In this document: positions 1 through 10,482 of the stretch, piece by piece
Layout: each line of letters opens with the position of its first letter
How positions within the stretch are numbered: position 1 is the stretch's first letter
DNA from: Octopus sinensis
Lineage: Eukaryota
NCBI RefSeq assembly: GCF_006345805.1
Contig: NC_043023.1
Coordinates: forward strand, 11,532,001-11,596,000
Reading direction: 5' to 3'
DNA: 64,000 nt
Notes under the pieces: generated by a model
What the model was told of the DNA's origin: nothing
What the model saw: the letters and a program-made list of their open reading frames with translations, nothing else
Databases searched by the model: none
Position numbers and translations under genes: made by a program

Positions 1-590
1 ATGCCTTGCAATGGTGGATTGTGGGCCAGGGTGGATGGCGTCATGGAGAGAAATCGGGGTGGTAATGCTGCGGAAGGGCTGCAATCAGTGTGTTTGGAAT
101 GGGGGCTTGTAGATGAGCTATTAATGGACAACAGTACAGCTTTTTGCACCATTGTTCAATTGAATTTAAGGCTGAGAGGCAACGGATCTACCGCATGGAG
201 GCAGTCTTCGAGTTTGTTCTGCAGACAGCCATATTCTGGTACGAATGGGGACACTGCAGCAGCTGGAGGTGGAAGGGGTTACATTGGTACAGGCCATAGA
301 CAAAGTAGGGTGAAGCTCCCAAATGCGTGTGTGGGACATTCCCAATCACCGATAACAGACGAACTGCACACAGAAATGTCGCTGTGGGTAGCTATTAAGT
401 TGGTCTGCAGAGAAGGGCCATCCGGTTAGGTACGAGAAGGATCTGACAATTTATATCAGTGATTCTCAACTGGGGTCCACACATCCCCCTCAGGGTCCTA
501 TATAAGACTGAGGGGGATTACACAACAAAATATCATGGAAAACAATAATTATATTTTAAGGGTATTCGAAAAAATTTTGCTTTAGATCTT
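1..590. repeat. Segment duplicated in inverted orientation at about 63118-63701 (runs off the window start)
   Basis: Reverse complement aligns by eye to 63118-63701; ORFs 1..429(+), 63274..63558(-) and 63390..63713(-) share peptides. No protein family recognised. Confidence 0.9.
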
Positions 591-609
591 AAGTATTGGG
601 TTAGGGTTA

Positions 610-1312
610 TAAAACATCTTTTTCTCTTGGCTTTATAGAGAAAATTCTATGGTTTGTAAGATATTTGTTGTTTTTTTTGCTTCAATTTCTGCAATTTCAA
701 CCAATCAATGACGTCTATTAAGGTGACAACATTCAGTGCCATATGAATATGTCCCTCATTCAAGAAACAGATTGGGTTTATTTACATTTCTGAAGAAAAA
801 AAGATACCCGCCTCTAACCCTAACCCTAAAACAGATTGAAATGCAATAGATCAGGCGCAGGAGTGGCTGTGTGGTAAGTAGCTTGTTTACCAACCACATG
901 GTTCCGGGTTCAGTCCCACTGCGTGGCACCTTGGGCAAGTGTCTTCTACTACAGCCTCGGGCTATAGTGAGTGGATTTGGTAGACGGAAACTGAAAGAAG
1001 CCCGTCGTATATATATGTATGTATGTTTCTGTGTCTGTGTCCCCCTAGCATTGCTTGACAACCGATGCTAGTGTGTTTATGTCCCCGTCAATTAGCGGTT
1101 CGGCAAAAAGAGATCGATAGAATAAGTACTGGGCTTACAAAAGAATAAGTCTCGGGGTCGAGTTGCTCGATTAAAGGCGGTGCTCCAGCATGGCCGTAGT
1201 CAAATGACTGAAACAAGTAAAAGAAAGAGAGATCGATACTAGAGTCATAATTATGGGTGACAATTTCATATGACACCGCTAGAAAAAACTGCCGTTCAAA
1301 CCGAAAAGATCC
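610..1312. mobile_element. MITE-like element of the GGATC-TIR family, partial, interrupted by a SINE
   Basis: Ends in AAAACTGCCGTTCAAACCGAAAAGATCC, the TIR seen in about 10 copies; internal CCAATCAATGACGTC (701-715) and (CCCTAA)n (about 815-830). Confidence 0.7.
853..1229 (+). mobile_element. tRNA-derived SINE, family A, full length
   Basis: A-box-like GTGGCTGTGTGG and B-box-like GGTTCAGTCC; AGATC target duplication at 848-852 and 1230-1234; many copies in the window. Confidence 0.85.
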
Positions 1313-1825
1313 TACGTGAGTACTCTTCGTTAAAATAATCTGGTGTAAATTTGAAAAATTCTTGAAGGCGAAGTGGTTGACAGAAAATCACTGGAACGAA
1401 ATGAACAGCCAGTGAAGCCATCTATTGGAGAATTAAAGAAATACAATGTTATGAAGGGAAGTAACTTCTACAAAACTTGTTTTACGAGCTCCGAGTTAAA
1501 CGTTAAGGTGCTTAATTAGCGATCACTGACTCGTTGTTCATATCTGGATACGGTAAGTTGAGAAATATTCACTTGAAGGCTATAATGGTGTTAATACTAC
1601 TGATTATAATGTAAATAATAGAATTATTTCGAAGCGAAAACATAACAAATTGGGGAAATATATTTCAGTGTCTTAAATAATAAATTCCAAACCGAAATAT
1701 TGATTTGTTGCTTATAAAAACCTATGAACTGCTGTTGCATGTGATATAAAGGAAATTAATTGGTAAAATGAGTGTTAAGTGGTGTAATTATTAAAATGAG
1801 ACGAAACCGTTTGCAGAATACCACA
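1313..1825 (+). promoter_or_regulatory. Conserved upstream module: candidate promoter/non-coding exon of ZNF unit 1
   Basis: Homologous block recurs upstream of, and co-oriented with, most ZNF units; contains donor ATACG|GTAAGT (GT at 1553). Confidence 0.55.
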
Positions 1826-1932
1826 TAGCGAACAGTGGTCCCGGTGCGCGCAGTCGCGGATCCGCGCTAGCTAGTCGTGACAAGTCGATCCTACAACGAC
1901 TACCTAGCAAAGTAAATAAAACACAAAATAAA

Positions 1933-2560
1933 AAAATTTTGATCCTTTTGGTTTGAACGGCAGTTTTTAACATAATTTCAAGTAACTAAAAATGTTAAAC
2001 TTCGTATACTGGTAGATTGTGTTTATAAAACATCTTTTTCTCTTGCTTTATTGAGAAAATTCTATGGTTTGTAAGATATTTGGGATCTTTTCTGTTTGAC
2101 CGGCAGTTTTTTCAAATAATTTCCATGTAACTAAACACTTTTAAACTTTGTATACTGGTAGAATGTGTTTATAAAACATCTTTTTCTCTTGGCTTTATTG
2201 AGAAAATTCTATAGTTTGTAAGATATTTGGGATCTTTTCTGTTTGACCGGCAGTTTTTTCAAATAATTTCCATGTAACTAAACACTTTTAAACTTTGTAT
2301 ACTGGTAGAATGTGTTTATAAAACATCTTTTTCTCTTGGCTTTATTGAGAAAATTCTATGGTTTGTAAGATATTTGTTGTTTTTTTTTCTTCAATTTCTG
2401 CAATTTCAACCAATCACTGACGTCTATTGAGTTAAAAATCATTCAGTGCCGTATGAATATGTCCCACGTTTAAGAAATAGATTAGGTTTATTTACATTTG
2501 TGAAGAAAGAAAGATACCTTCCCCTAAACTAGTATCTATCTATTGCATTTCAATCTGTTT
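1933..2560. repeat. MITE with an internal ~148-bp tandem triplication
   Basis: GGGATCTTTTCTGTTTGACCGGCAG recurs at about 2081 and 2229, with a third degenerate unit near 1940. Confidence 0.8.
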
Positions 2561-3290
2561 ATATATAAAGTTAATCCAAACATGAAAACACAACAACGCG
2601 AGGACGTGGAACAAATATAGAATTATTGGACGTTCAGGAAGGAAGGGAAGAAGGAGGGTTTAATGTTTCGAGCGGAGCTCTTCGTCAGAAACATAGGAAA
2701 AGGAAAGATGGAGGAAAAGAAATCGCCAACGATACACATGCGGTCACATTTTGAATATTATATTATATATATATTTATATATATGTATATATATAGACAT
2801 TGAATGAATGACAGTGTTGCAATGTTGAATTACTATGTCTTTTCACAATACACTTTACCTAACTGCTTCTTTTCCTATTTCAGATAGGTATTTGTGATAC
2901 CATGTTGATGGAAACGAAATTTCTTCATTCAGATGTGCCGATGATATTTTTATTGACTTTCATCAACTAAAAGAAGACCATATATTATATAAGGCACATT
3001 CATCAATACATCAATCTCTTTATAAAAATAATATCTTTGTGATAAACAATGGGAAAATATTGTATTCAACAGCAACATTTTTTTGTTTTCACTGTCTGGA
3101 ATGTACAGGAGATGATCAATTTACAGGTTAATTGAGCTTGGATTACTTTACAAAAGAGTTAACCATTTACATCTGTTTTAGCTATTAAGATCACCGATGA
3201 AACACAACTTGAAATTATTCTCTGAAAATAGTGATAAAACTGGACACAAACTTTTATAGAAATGAAAAACACGATATCATTGTGATATGC

Positions 3291-4583
3291 ATGACAAATT
3301 ATTCTCTTGTAATGAATAATTTAACAAAACCAAAAAATCCTGACGCAAAAGAGAAACCACATCATTGTGATATCGGTTATAAATCATTTTCTGAAAAGAG
3401 TTATTTAACCAGTCACAAACGTATTCATACTGGAGAGAAGCCATATCATTGTGACATCTGTGGTAATTCATTCACTGAAGAAAGAATCTTAGCTAAACAC
3501 AAGTGCATTGATATAGGAGAGAAATCACATCACTGTGATGTCTGTGGAAGATCATTCTCTCGAAGAGGTTCTTTGACTTGTCACAAACGTATTCATACTG
3601 GGGAAAAGCCATGTCTTACAGGAGAGAAGCCATTTTATTGTAATATCTGTGGTAAATGTTTCTCTCGAAAAGATACTTTAACTAAACACAAAGCTACACA
3701 TACAGGAGAAAAACCATATCAGTGTGATATCTGTGGTAAATCCTTTTCTCATTGTGGTAACTTGACAACGCACAAACGTATTCATACAGGAGAGAAACCA
3801 TATCAGTGTAATATCTGTGGTAAATCATTTCCCCAACATTGTCAATTGACTAATCACATACGTATTCATACTGGGGAAAAACCATACGTGTGTGATATCT
3901 GTGGTAAATCATTTTCTGTAAGTGGAACTTTAACTCGTCACAAACGTATTCATACAGGAGAAAAACCATATCAGTGCGATATCTGTGGTAAATCGTTTTC
4001 TCAAAGTGGTGACTTGCCTAAACATAAACGTACTCATACCGGAGAGAAGCCATATCATTGTAATATCTGTGGTAAATCATTTTCTGGAAGTAGTGACTTG
4101 ATTATACACATACGTATTCATACAGGAGAGAAGCCATATCATTGTGATATCTGTGGTAAATCATTTTCTGGAAGTAGTGACTTGATTAAACACAAACGTA
4201 TTCATACAGGAGATATTAAACACAAACGTAGTCATACAGGTGAGAAGCCGAATCATTGTAATATCTGTGGTAAATCATTCTCTTCAAATAGCTATTTGAT
4301 TAGTCACACGCGTATTCATACTCAAGAAAACCCATATCAGTGTGATATTTGTGGTAAATCATTTTCTCACAACAAGACTTTAGATAATCACAGACGTATT
4401 CATACAGGAGAGAAGCCATATCTTTGTAATATCTGTGGTAAATCGTTTTCTCAAAATAGCAGTTTAACTAATCACAGACGTATTCATACAGGTGAAAAAC
4501 CATATCATTGTGATATCTGTGGTGAGTCATTCTTTCAAAAAGGCCACTTAAGTACACATGTGAACATTCATACACAAGTGTAA
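3291..4583 (+). CDS. C2H2 zinc-finger array protein (unit 1), 14 finger units, 12 canonical
   Basis: Uninterrupted ORF 3231..4583, ATG at 3291, TGEKP linkers; acceptor TTTCCTATTTCAG ends at 2883. Confidence 0.9.
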   Translation: MTNYSLVMNNLTKPKNPDAKEKPHHCDIGYKSFSEKSYLTSHKRIHTGEKPYHCDICGNSFTEERILAKHKCIDIGEKSHHCDVCGRSFSRRGSLTCHKRIHTGEKPCLTGEKPFYCNICGKCFSRKDTLTKHKATHTGEKPYQCDICGKSFSHCGNLTTHKRIHTGEKPYQCNICGKSFPQHCQLTNHIRIHTGEKPYVCDICGKSFSVSGTLTRHKRIHTGEKPYQCDICGKSFSQSGDLPKHKRTHTGEKPYHCNICGKSFSGSSDLIIHIRIHTGEKPYHCDICGKSFSGSSDLIKHKRIHTGDIKHKRSHTGEKPNHCNICGKSFSSNSYLISHTRIHTQENPYQCDICGKSFSHNKTLDNHRRIHTGEKPYLCNICGKSFSQNSSLTNHRRIHTGEKPYHCDICGESFFQKGHLSTHVNIHTQV

Positions 4584-4596
4584 CAGTATCTGTATC

Positions 4597-4818
4597 ATGA
4601 TTTATTACAACTGGACAACAATTACGAATATTTTGTCTGTTAAAAGACTGGATTTATTCCTATTCAAGTTTGACCTTATCAACTTTAATTTCATCGTTAA
4701 CAATTTGATATTAACGAACCCCAACTTCAATATCATGTATGTATCTAAATATATCAACACAGAGATGACTTTGATTTCTGAAGATGATTGTGCTGGATTT
4801 TTGAGGAATTTGTCATAA
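4597..4818 (+). other. Conserved downstream ORF (~73 aa) after unit 1
   Basis: Homologous ORFs ending ...SEDDCAGFLRNL follow five other ZNF units; coding status unproven. Confidence 0.35.
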
Positions 4819-5311
4819 GAGAATAAGGAATAAAAGTTTTAAGTGACATTAATTTTGTCTTTGTTGTGCTTTCTTCATTATCATCATCATCCTTTAACGT
4901 TTTCTATGCAGGATCAGGTGGTAAAGTGTTACAAGGGCTGTCAAGCCAGAGTGCTGTTCCAGATTGCAGTCAGATTTGGCTGGGTTTCTTTGGTTGTATG
5001 CCCTTAAGATACATTGTGTATTTTATAAATATGCCTGTTCATGTATCATAACAGCATGAAACTAGTAGTAGCTCTCGGTTATGTATTTAATTTGATATGT
5101 GTGTGTTTTTGTGAACACAGTGACAGTCTGATGACTAGAACAAGTGTATACAAATCTCGTATTTTGAGTATATTCATGTATGGGGCAGAAGCATGGACTC
5201 CTTTTTACAGAGAAATAACCCTAACCCTAAAACAGATTGAAATTCAATTGATTGATACTAGGGTCATAATTATGGGCGACAATTTCATATGACACCGCTA
5301 GAAAAACTGAC

Positions 5312-5896
5312 GGATCTTTTCCTTTTGAACAGCAGACAATTTCTACTTAAGTAAACACTTTAAAACCTTGTATACTGGTAGAATGTGTCAAAATAAAATG
5401 TTTTTTTCTCTTGGTTTTCTTGAGAAAATCGTAATTTGTTTGTTTAACGTAGTTTAATTTTTCGAATTTTAAGCAATCCTATGCTCTCTTTTGAGCTATA
5501 ATCATTTGCTGCGTCTAGAACTGAACAACATCCTGTACGTAACCCTAACCCCCCCCAACCCTAAATTTTTTTTCTTAATTTTAAAATTAATTTAATTGTT
5601 ACGCGTATAAAAAAACAAAAGGAATGGAATTAAATTAATTTAAGAATTAAGAAAAAAAAATTAGGGTTAGGATGTCTCAGTTTTAGACGCAGCAAATGAT
5701 TTTAGTTGAATGGAGGTAATCGATTGGTTAAAATTGCCGAAATGCTCGGATTTTCAGACAAAATATCTTAGAAACTATAGAATTTGCTCAAGAGAAAATG
5801 ATGTTTTATAAACACATTCTACCAGTATACGAAGTTTAAAAGTGTTTAGTTAACTAGAAATTGTGTTGACATCTGCCGTTCTAAAGGAAAAGATCC
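5312..5896. mobile_element. MITE, GGATC-TIR family variant
   Basis: GGATCTTTTCCTTTTGAAC ... GTTCTAAAGGAAAAGATCC inverted termini; internal inverted TTAGGG/CCCTAA motifs. Confidence 0.7.
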
Positions 5897-5929
5897 AAAC
5901 TGCCGTTGAAACCGATAGGATCCGAGTAG

Positions 5930-6430
5930 AGAAAACGGTAATTGAGCAGAAAACCTCAGTACACTTCTTCGAGATAATCTGGTGAAGGTTTTAACAAAAT
6001 TCGGCAAAGAGATTCACTGGAACGAAATCAGTCACTAGAGCTATCTATTGGAGAATAGAAGAACTACAACCATCTAAAGGGAAATAACTTCTACTACACT
6101 TCAACCACGGTGCAAGTAAATTATTAATTAAGGTGCTTAATTAGTGATTCACTGACTCGTTGCTTATTTGTGAATACGGTAAGTTGATATAAAGATTTAC
6201 TTTAAGTCTGTAAAGGTGATATTACTACTACTAATAATAATAATAATGTGAATAATAGAATTCTGTGAACCTCTCGATGTTACAGTAATTATTTTTCGAA
6301 GCGAGAACCTGACAACAATTAGGAAAATATAATTTGCTCGTCTTAATTAATAACTTCCAAACTGAAATATTGATCGGTTGTTTAAGAAAACCTATGATCG
6401 TCTGTTACATGTGATATTAAGGAAATTAGG
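5930..6430 (+). promoter_or_regulatory. Upstream module copy (unit 2)
   Basis: Homologous to 1313-1825; donor GAATACG|GTAAGT (GT at 6179). Confidence 0.55.
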
Positions 6431-6695
6431 CATTCCTTCGATATAGCCCGACATGGTCGAGACGTTTCACTTCGGGTATTTCCGTGGGTTGTGGAGTAAA
6501 GATGTAACGAAATTATATCCAGCAATGTCACATTTTAAAATTGAAGAAAAAAAGCCTTGCATATTTGTTCTTACTTGTTCCATGTGTGTATATAAAATCC
6601 GCAAATTTCCAAGCAGAAAACAGAAACGAACTGTTATTTGCTTCCACGGAAATACCCGGAGTGAAATATTTTGATGTTGTCGAGTTAAATCGAAA

Positions 6696-6698
<3 letters not shown>

Positions 6699-6765
<67 letters not shown>
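6699..6765. repeat. (TA)n microsatellite
   Basis: Perfect TA run followed by poly-T. Confidence 0.98.
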
Positions 6766-6773
<8 letters not shown>

Positions 6774-7238
6774 TTCCTTATTTCTTTATTCCCCACAAGG
6801 GGCTAAACACGGAGAGGACAAACAAGGACAGACAAATGGATTAAGTCGATTATATCAATCCCAGTGCGTAACTGGTACGTAGTTAATTTAAATATTGATG
6901 GTGATTTGATATCGGGCATCAATATAATGTAAAAGCGCCGACATCCGCTTTCAAATTGTGAGTTGGGCCCAAACGCACATGCATATGACACGTTTGTTCC
7001 ACTTCCCTTCTACGAAATCCACTCACAAGGCCTTATTCTGCCCAAGGCTATAATAGAAGACTCTCGCCCAAGATGCCACATAGTGGGACTGAACCCAGAG
7101 CCATGTGATTTGGAAGCAAGCTTCTTACCACACAGCCATAAATGTTTAAAGCTTACTCAGTGTCATTGTTACAAATTTCTCTCGTTAATTGTTGAACAGC
7201 CTAATTTTGTGAGGTTATTATACTTACACTTTTACTCC

Positions 7239-7594
7239 TTTACTTGTTTCAGTCATTTCACTGTGGCCATGCTGGAGCACTGCCTTTAGTCGGGCAAAAC
7301 GACCCCAGGACTTATTCTTTGTTAACCTAGTACTTATTCTATTGGTCTCTTTTGCCGACCTGCTAAACACACCAATATCAGTTGTCAAGTGATGTTGGGG
7401 GGACAAACACAGGCACAAATACATATATATATATACGACGGGCTTCTTTCAGTTTTCGTCTACCAAATCCACTCGCAAGGCATTGGTCGCCCTGAGGCTA
7501 TAGTAGACACTTGCCCAGGGTGCCATGCAATGGGACTGAACCCGGAACCATGTGGTTTGTAAGCAAGCTACTTACCACACAGCCACTCCTTTGC
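7239..7594 (-). mobile_element. tRNA-derived SINE, family A
   Basis: Reverse complement of 853-1229. Confidence 0.85.
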
Positions 7595-7613
7595 ATCATC
7601 ATCATTGAATGCA

Positions 7614-7842
7614 CCAATCCGATTGTGGCTGTTGCCAGCCTTGCCTGGCACCTGTGCCGGTGGCATGTAGAAAGCACCCACTACGCTCATGGAGTGGTTG
7701 GCGTTAGGAAGGGAAACCAGCTGTAGAAACACTGCCAGATCAGACTGGAGCCTGGTGCAGCCTTCTGGCTTCCCAGATCCCCGGTCGAACCGTCCAACCC
7801 ATGCTAGCATGGAGAACGGACGTTAAACGACGATGATGATGA
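7614..7842 (+). mobile_element. 3'-end fragment of the RTE LINE
   Basis: Matches 29990-30160 (GGCGTTAGGAAGGG...CCATGCTAGCATGG...(GAT)n). Confidence 0.8.
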
Positions 7843-8094
7843 TTGTTTAACATCCTCCTTCCGTGCTGGCAGGGGTTGGACAGTTTGCAAGGGACTGGCC
7901 AGGCAGAAAACTGCCCCAGACTTCTGTATCTGTTTTGGCACAGTTTTTCCAGCTGGATGCCCTTCACAGCACCGGCCATCCTGCAGAATGGAGTGAGTGC
8001 TTTTCAAGTGGCACCACCACAGGCGAGGTCAGTTTTGTCGTAGTTTTTACAGCTGGATATATTTCCAAATATTCCAAGATAAGGAGAAGAGGCT

Positions 8095-8568
8095 TGAATC
8101 CTCAAAGACATACTTTATCTCGAAAGAATCCAGAAGCTGGCTACCTGCATGGTTCTTGGTCTCAAGCATTTGTCTTATGAAGAAAGGCTGAAGACGCTCG
8201 ACCTTTATTCTCTCAAAAAACGACGACGCCGTGGTGATCTCATTCTTGCCCACAACATCATAAGCGGAAAGTGTAACCTCTCGAAAGAGTTGTTCTTCAC
8301 TCCTGCTCCAGAGCGTCGGCTTCAGGGTCACTCCTAAAAGCTCTATCTGCGATGATTTCATCTCAATTGAAGGAGAGGGGTTTTCTCCGTCCGGGTTGCG
8401 GATCCGTGGATTAAGCTGCCGAACGAGATAGTGAAGATGCCGACGACCGCTCGGTTCAAAGTCTCTCTTGACCAGAGATGGCATGAACACCACCCTGTAC
8501 ATAACTCCATGTCCCCCTACATGGCCTTGCTTTTTGCTTTTTGAGCCAAAAAATTAACTTAACTTAAA
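8095..8568 (+). mobile_element. CR1-like LINE 3' fragment, degenerate
   Basis: Reads LERIQKLAT..GLKHLSYEERLKTLDLYSL..RRRRGDLI..GHS..FSVRV..W.KLP, the typical CR1-clade ORF2 C-terminus, with stops; ends in a (TTAAC)n tail. Confidence 0.8.
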
Positions 8569-8714
8569 TGCCAACCACTTTGCAGTGTGAACTGTATGCT
8601 CTCTACAGCTTGATGCCCTTCCTAGCATCAACCACCGAGTGTACTGTGTGCTTTTTATGTGCCACCAGCAGCAATGAGGCCCGCAGAGAATAGGTGTGGC
8701 TATGCAGTAAGACG

Positions 8715-9075
8715 TGTGCTTTCGTCTGTCGTTACATTCAAATTCCGCCAAGGTCGACTTTGCCTTTTATCCTTTCATGGCCAATAAATAAAGTACCAGT
8801 TTCGCACTGGGGTCGAAGTATTTGACTTAATCCCTTTGTCTGTCCTTATTTGTCTCCTCTGTGTTTAGCCCCTTGTGGGTAATAAAGAAATAGGTATTTC
8901 ATCTGCCGTTACATTCTGAGTTCAAATTCCGCCGAGGTCGACTTTACCTTTCATCCTTTCGGGGTCGATAAATAAAGCACCAGTTTCGCACTGGGGTCAT
9001 AGTAATCGACTTAATCCCTTTGTCTGTCCTTGTTTGTTCCCTCTATGTTTAGCCCCTTGTGGGTAGGAAAGAAAT
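8715..9075 (+). mobile_element. Two tandem partial copies of SINE family B
   Basis: GTTCAAATTCCGCCGAGGTCGACTTT body repeated twice; matches 51806-52012. Confidence 0.75.
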
Positions 9076-9417
9076 ATATGCAGTAAGAAGTGTGCTTCTC
9101 AGCCCATCGTTGCAGGTCAGGTGTCTTCAACTGTAGCCTTCAGCCAACTAAAGTTGTGTGAGAGATATGGTAGACAGAAACTGAAAGAAGCCTATCGTGT
9201 GTGTGTGTGTGGTCAAATGTACAGAAAGCAAAAGACGAAGACGTGTGAGGAAATGACAAGCAGATGTATTTGTTTAACACTCAGGAAGAATGGGAAAGTT
9301 TTTGATGTTTTGAGCATATGCTTTTCAAGAGAAAGGGATGAGAGGAAACCACAGGGAGAGAGAGAGAGAAATAAAGGGGCCAGATTATTGGTTCACGTGT
9401 TGGAATGATATATATAC

Positions 9418-9795
9418 TCTTTTACTTGTTTCAGTCATTTGACTGCGGCCATGCTGGAGCACCGCTTTTAGTTGAGCAAATCGACCCTGGGACTTATTCT
9501 TTTGCAAGCCCAGTACTTATTCTATCAGTCTCTTTTGCTGAACCGCTAGGTGACGCGGACATAAACACACCAGCATCGGTTGTCAAGCAATGCTAGGGGG
9601 ACAAACACACACACACACACATATACATATATACGACAGGCTTCTTTCAGTTTCCGTCTACCAAATCCACTCACAAGGCTTTGGTTGACCCGAGGCTATA
9701 CTAGAAGACACTTGCCCAAGATGCCACGCAGTGGGACTGAACCCGGAACCCTGTGATTGGTTAGCAAGCTACTTACCACACAGCCACTCCTGCGC
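9418..9795 (-). mobile_element. tRNA-derived SINE, family A
   Basis: Full-length reverse-complement copy. Confidence 0.85.
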
Positions 9796-10482
9796 AAAGA
9801 TTCACCAATTGTGAGGTAAGTGCCCTACCGCCTAAGCCACACCACTTCTGAGGTGAAACAAGTGAAAGGAGAGAAGAGAAAGAAAAGAGATAAATAATTA
9901 GAGAAAGGTAGAGACGATTCATCTATATACAGAATGTTGTAAAACTTTCAATGTCTCAATGGATTCTGACCTATGCAAACACAGACATTAAATGGATGAC
10001 GGTGTTGATGTTGTAAGATTTGCAATGTTGAATTATTATGTCACTTAACTATTCTCTTTATCTCACTGCTTCTTTTTCTATTTCAGAATATCACATCATG
10101 TTGACGTAAAAGAAATTTCTTCATTCAGATGTACCTTTGATATTTTGATTGACTTTCATCAATTAAAGGAAGACCATGTATTCATAAGGCACATTCATCA
10201 ACGCATCAACCTCTTTATACGAATAAAATCTTCAATGAACGATGGGAAAATAATTCTTCTGGACAATGGAATTAACAGCAACATTTTTGTTGTCTTCACT
10301 GTCTGGAATGTAGAGAAGATGATTGCTTTAAAGCTTAATTAAGCTTGCATAACTTTACAAAGGAGTTGATAGATTAGATATTAAGTAAGATCCCAGATAA
10401 AAGAAACGGCATTGAATATAGTGACTCAACTGAACACAAACACATTCATATATATGGAAAAGACACTTTCATTGTGATATGT

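Noticed and set aside
1-429. 142-aa ORF as a host gene
   Set aside because: No recognisable domain, and the inverted copy at 63274-63713 is frameshifted relative to it.
853-930. tRNA gene
   Set aside because: A/B boxes continue into a SINE body present in many copies; no complete cloverleaf.
3291-4583. Assigning vertebrate ZNF gene symbols or KRAB/SCAN/BTB/SET domains
   Set aside because: Similarity is generic C2H2 repeat and no effector domain is visible.
10087-10342. 85-codon open frame from the unit 2 acceptor as a coding N-terminal domain
   Set aside because: Ends in a stop out of frame with the ZNF ORF, and the homologous region is broken in other paralogs; more likely 5'UTR.
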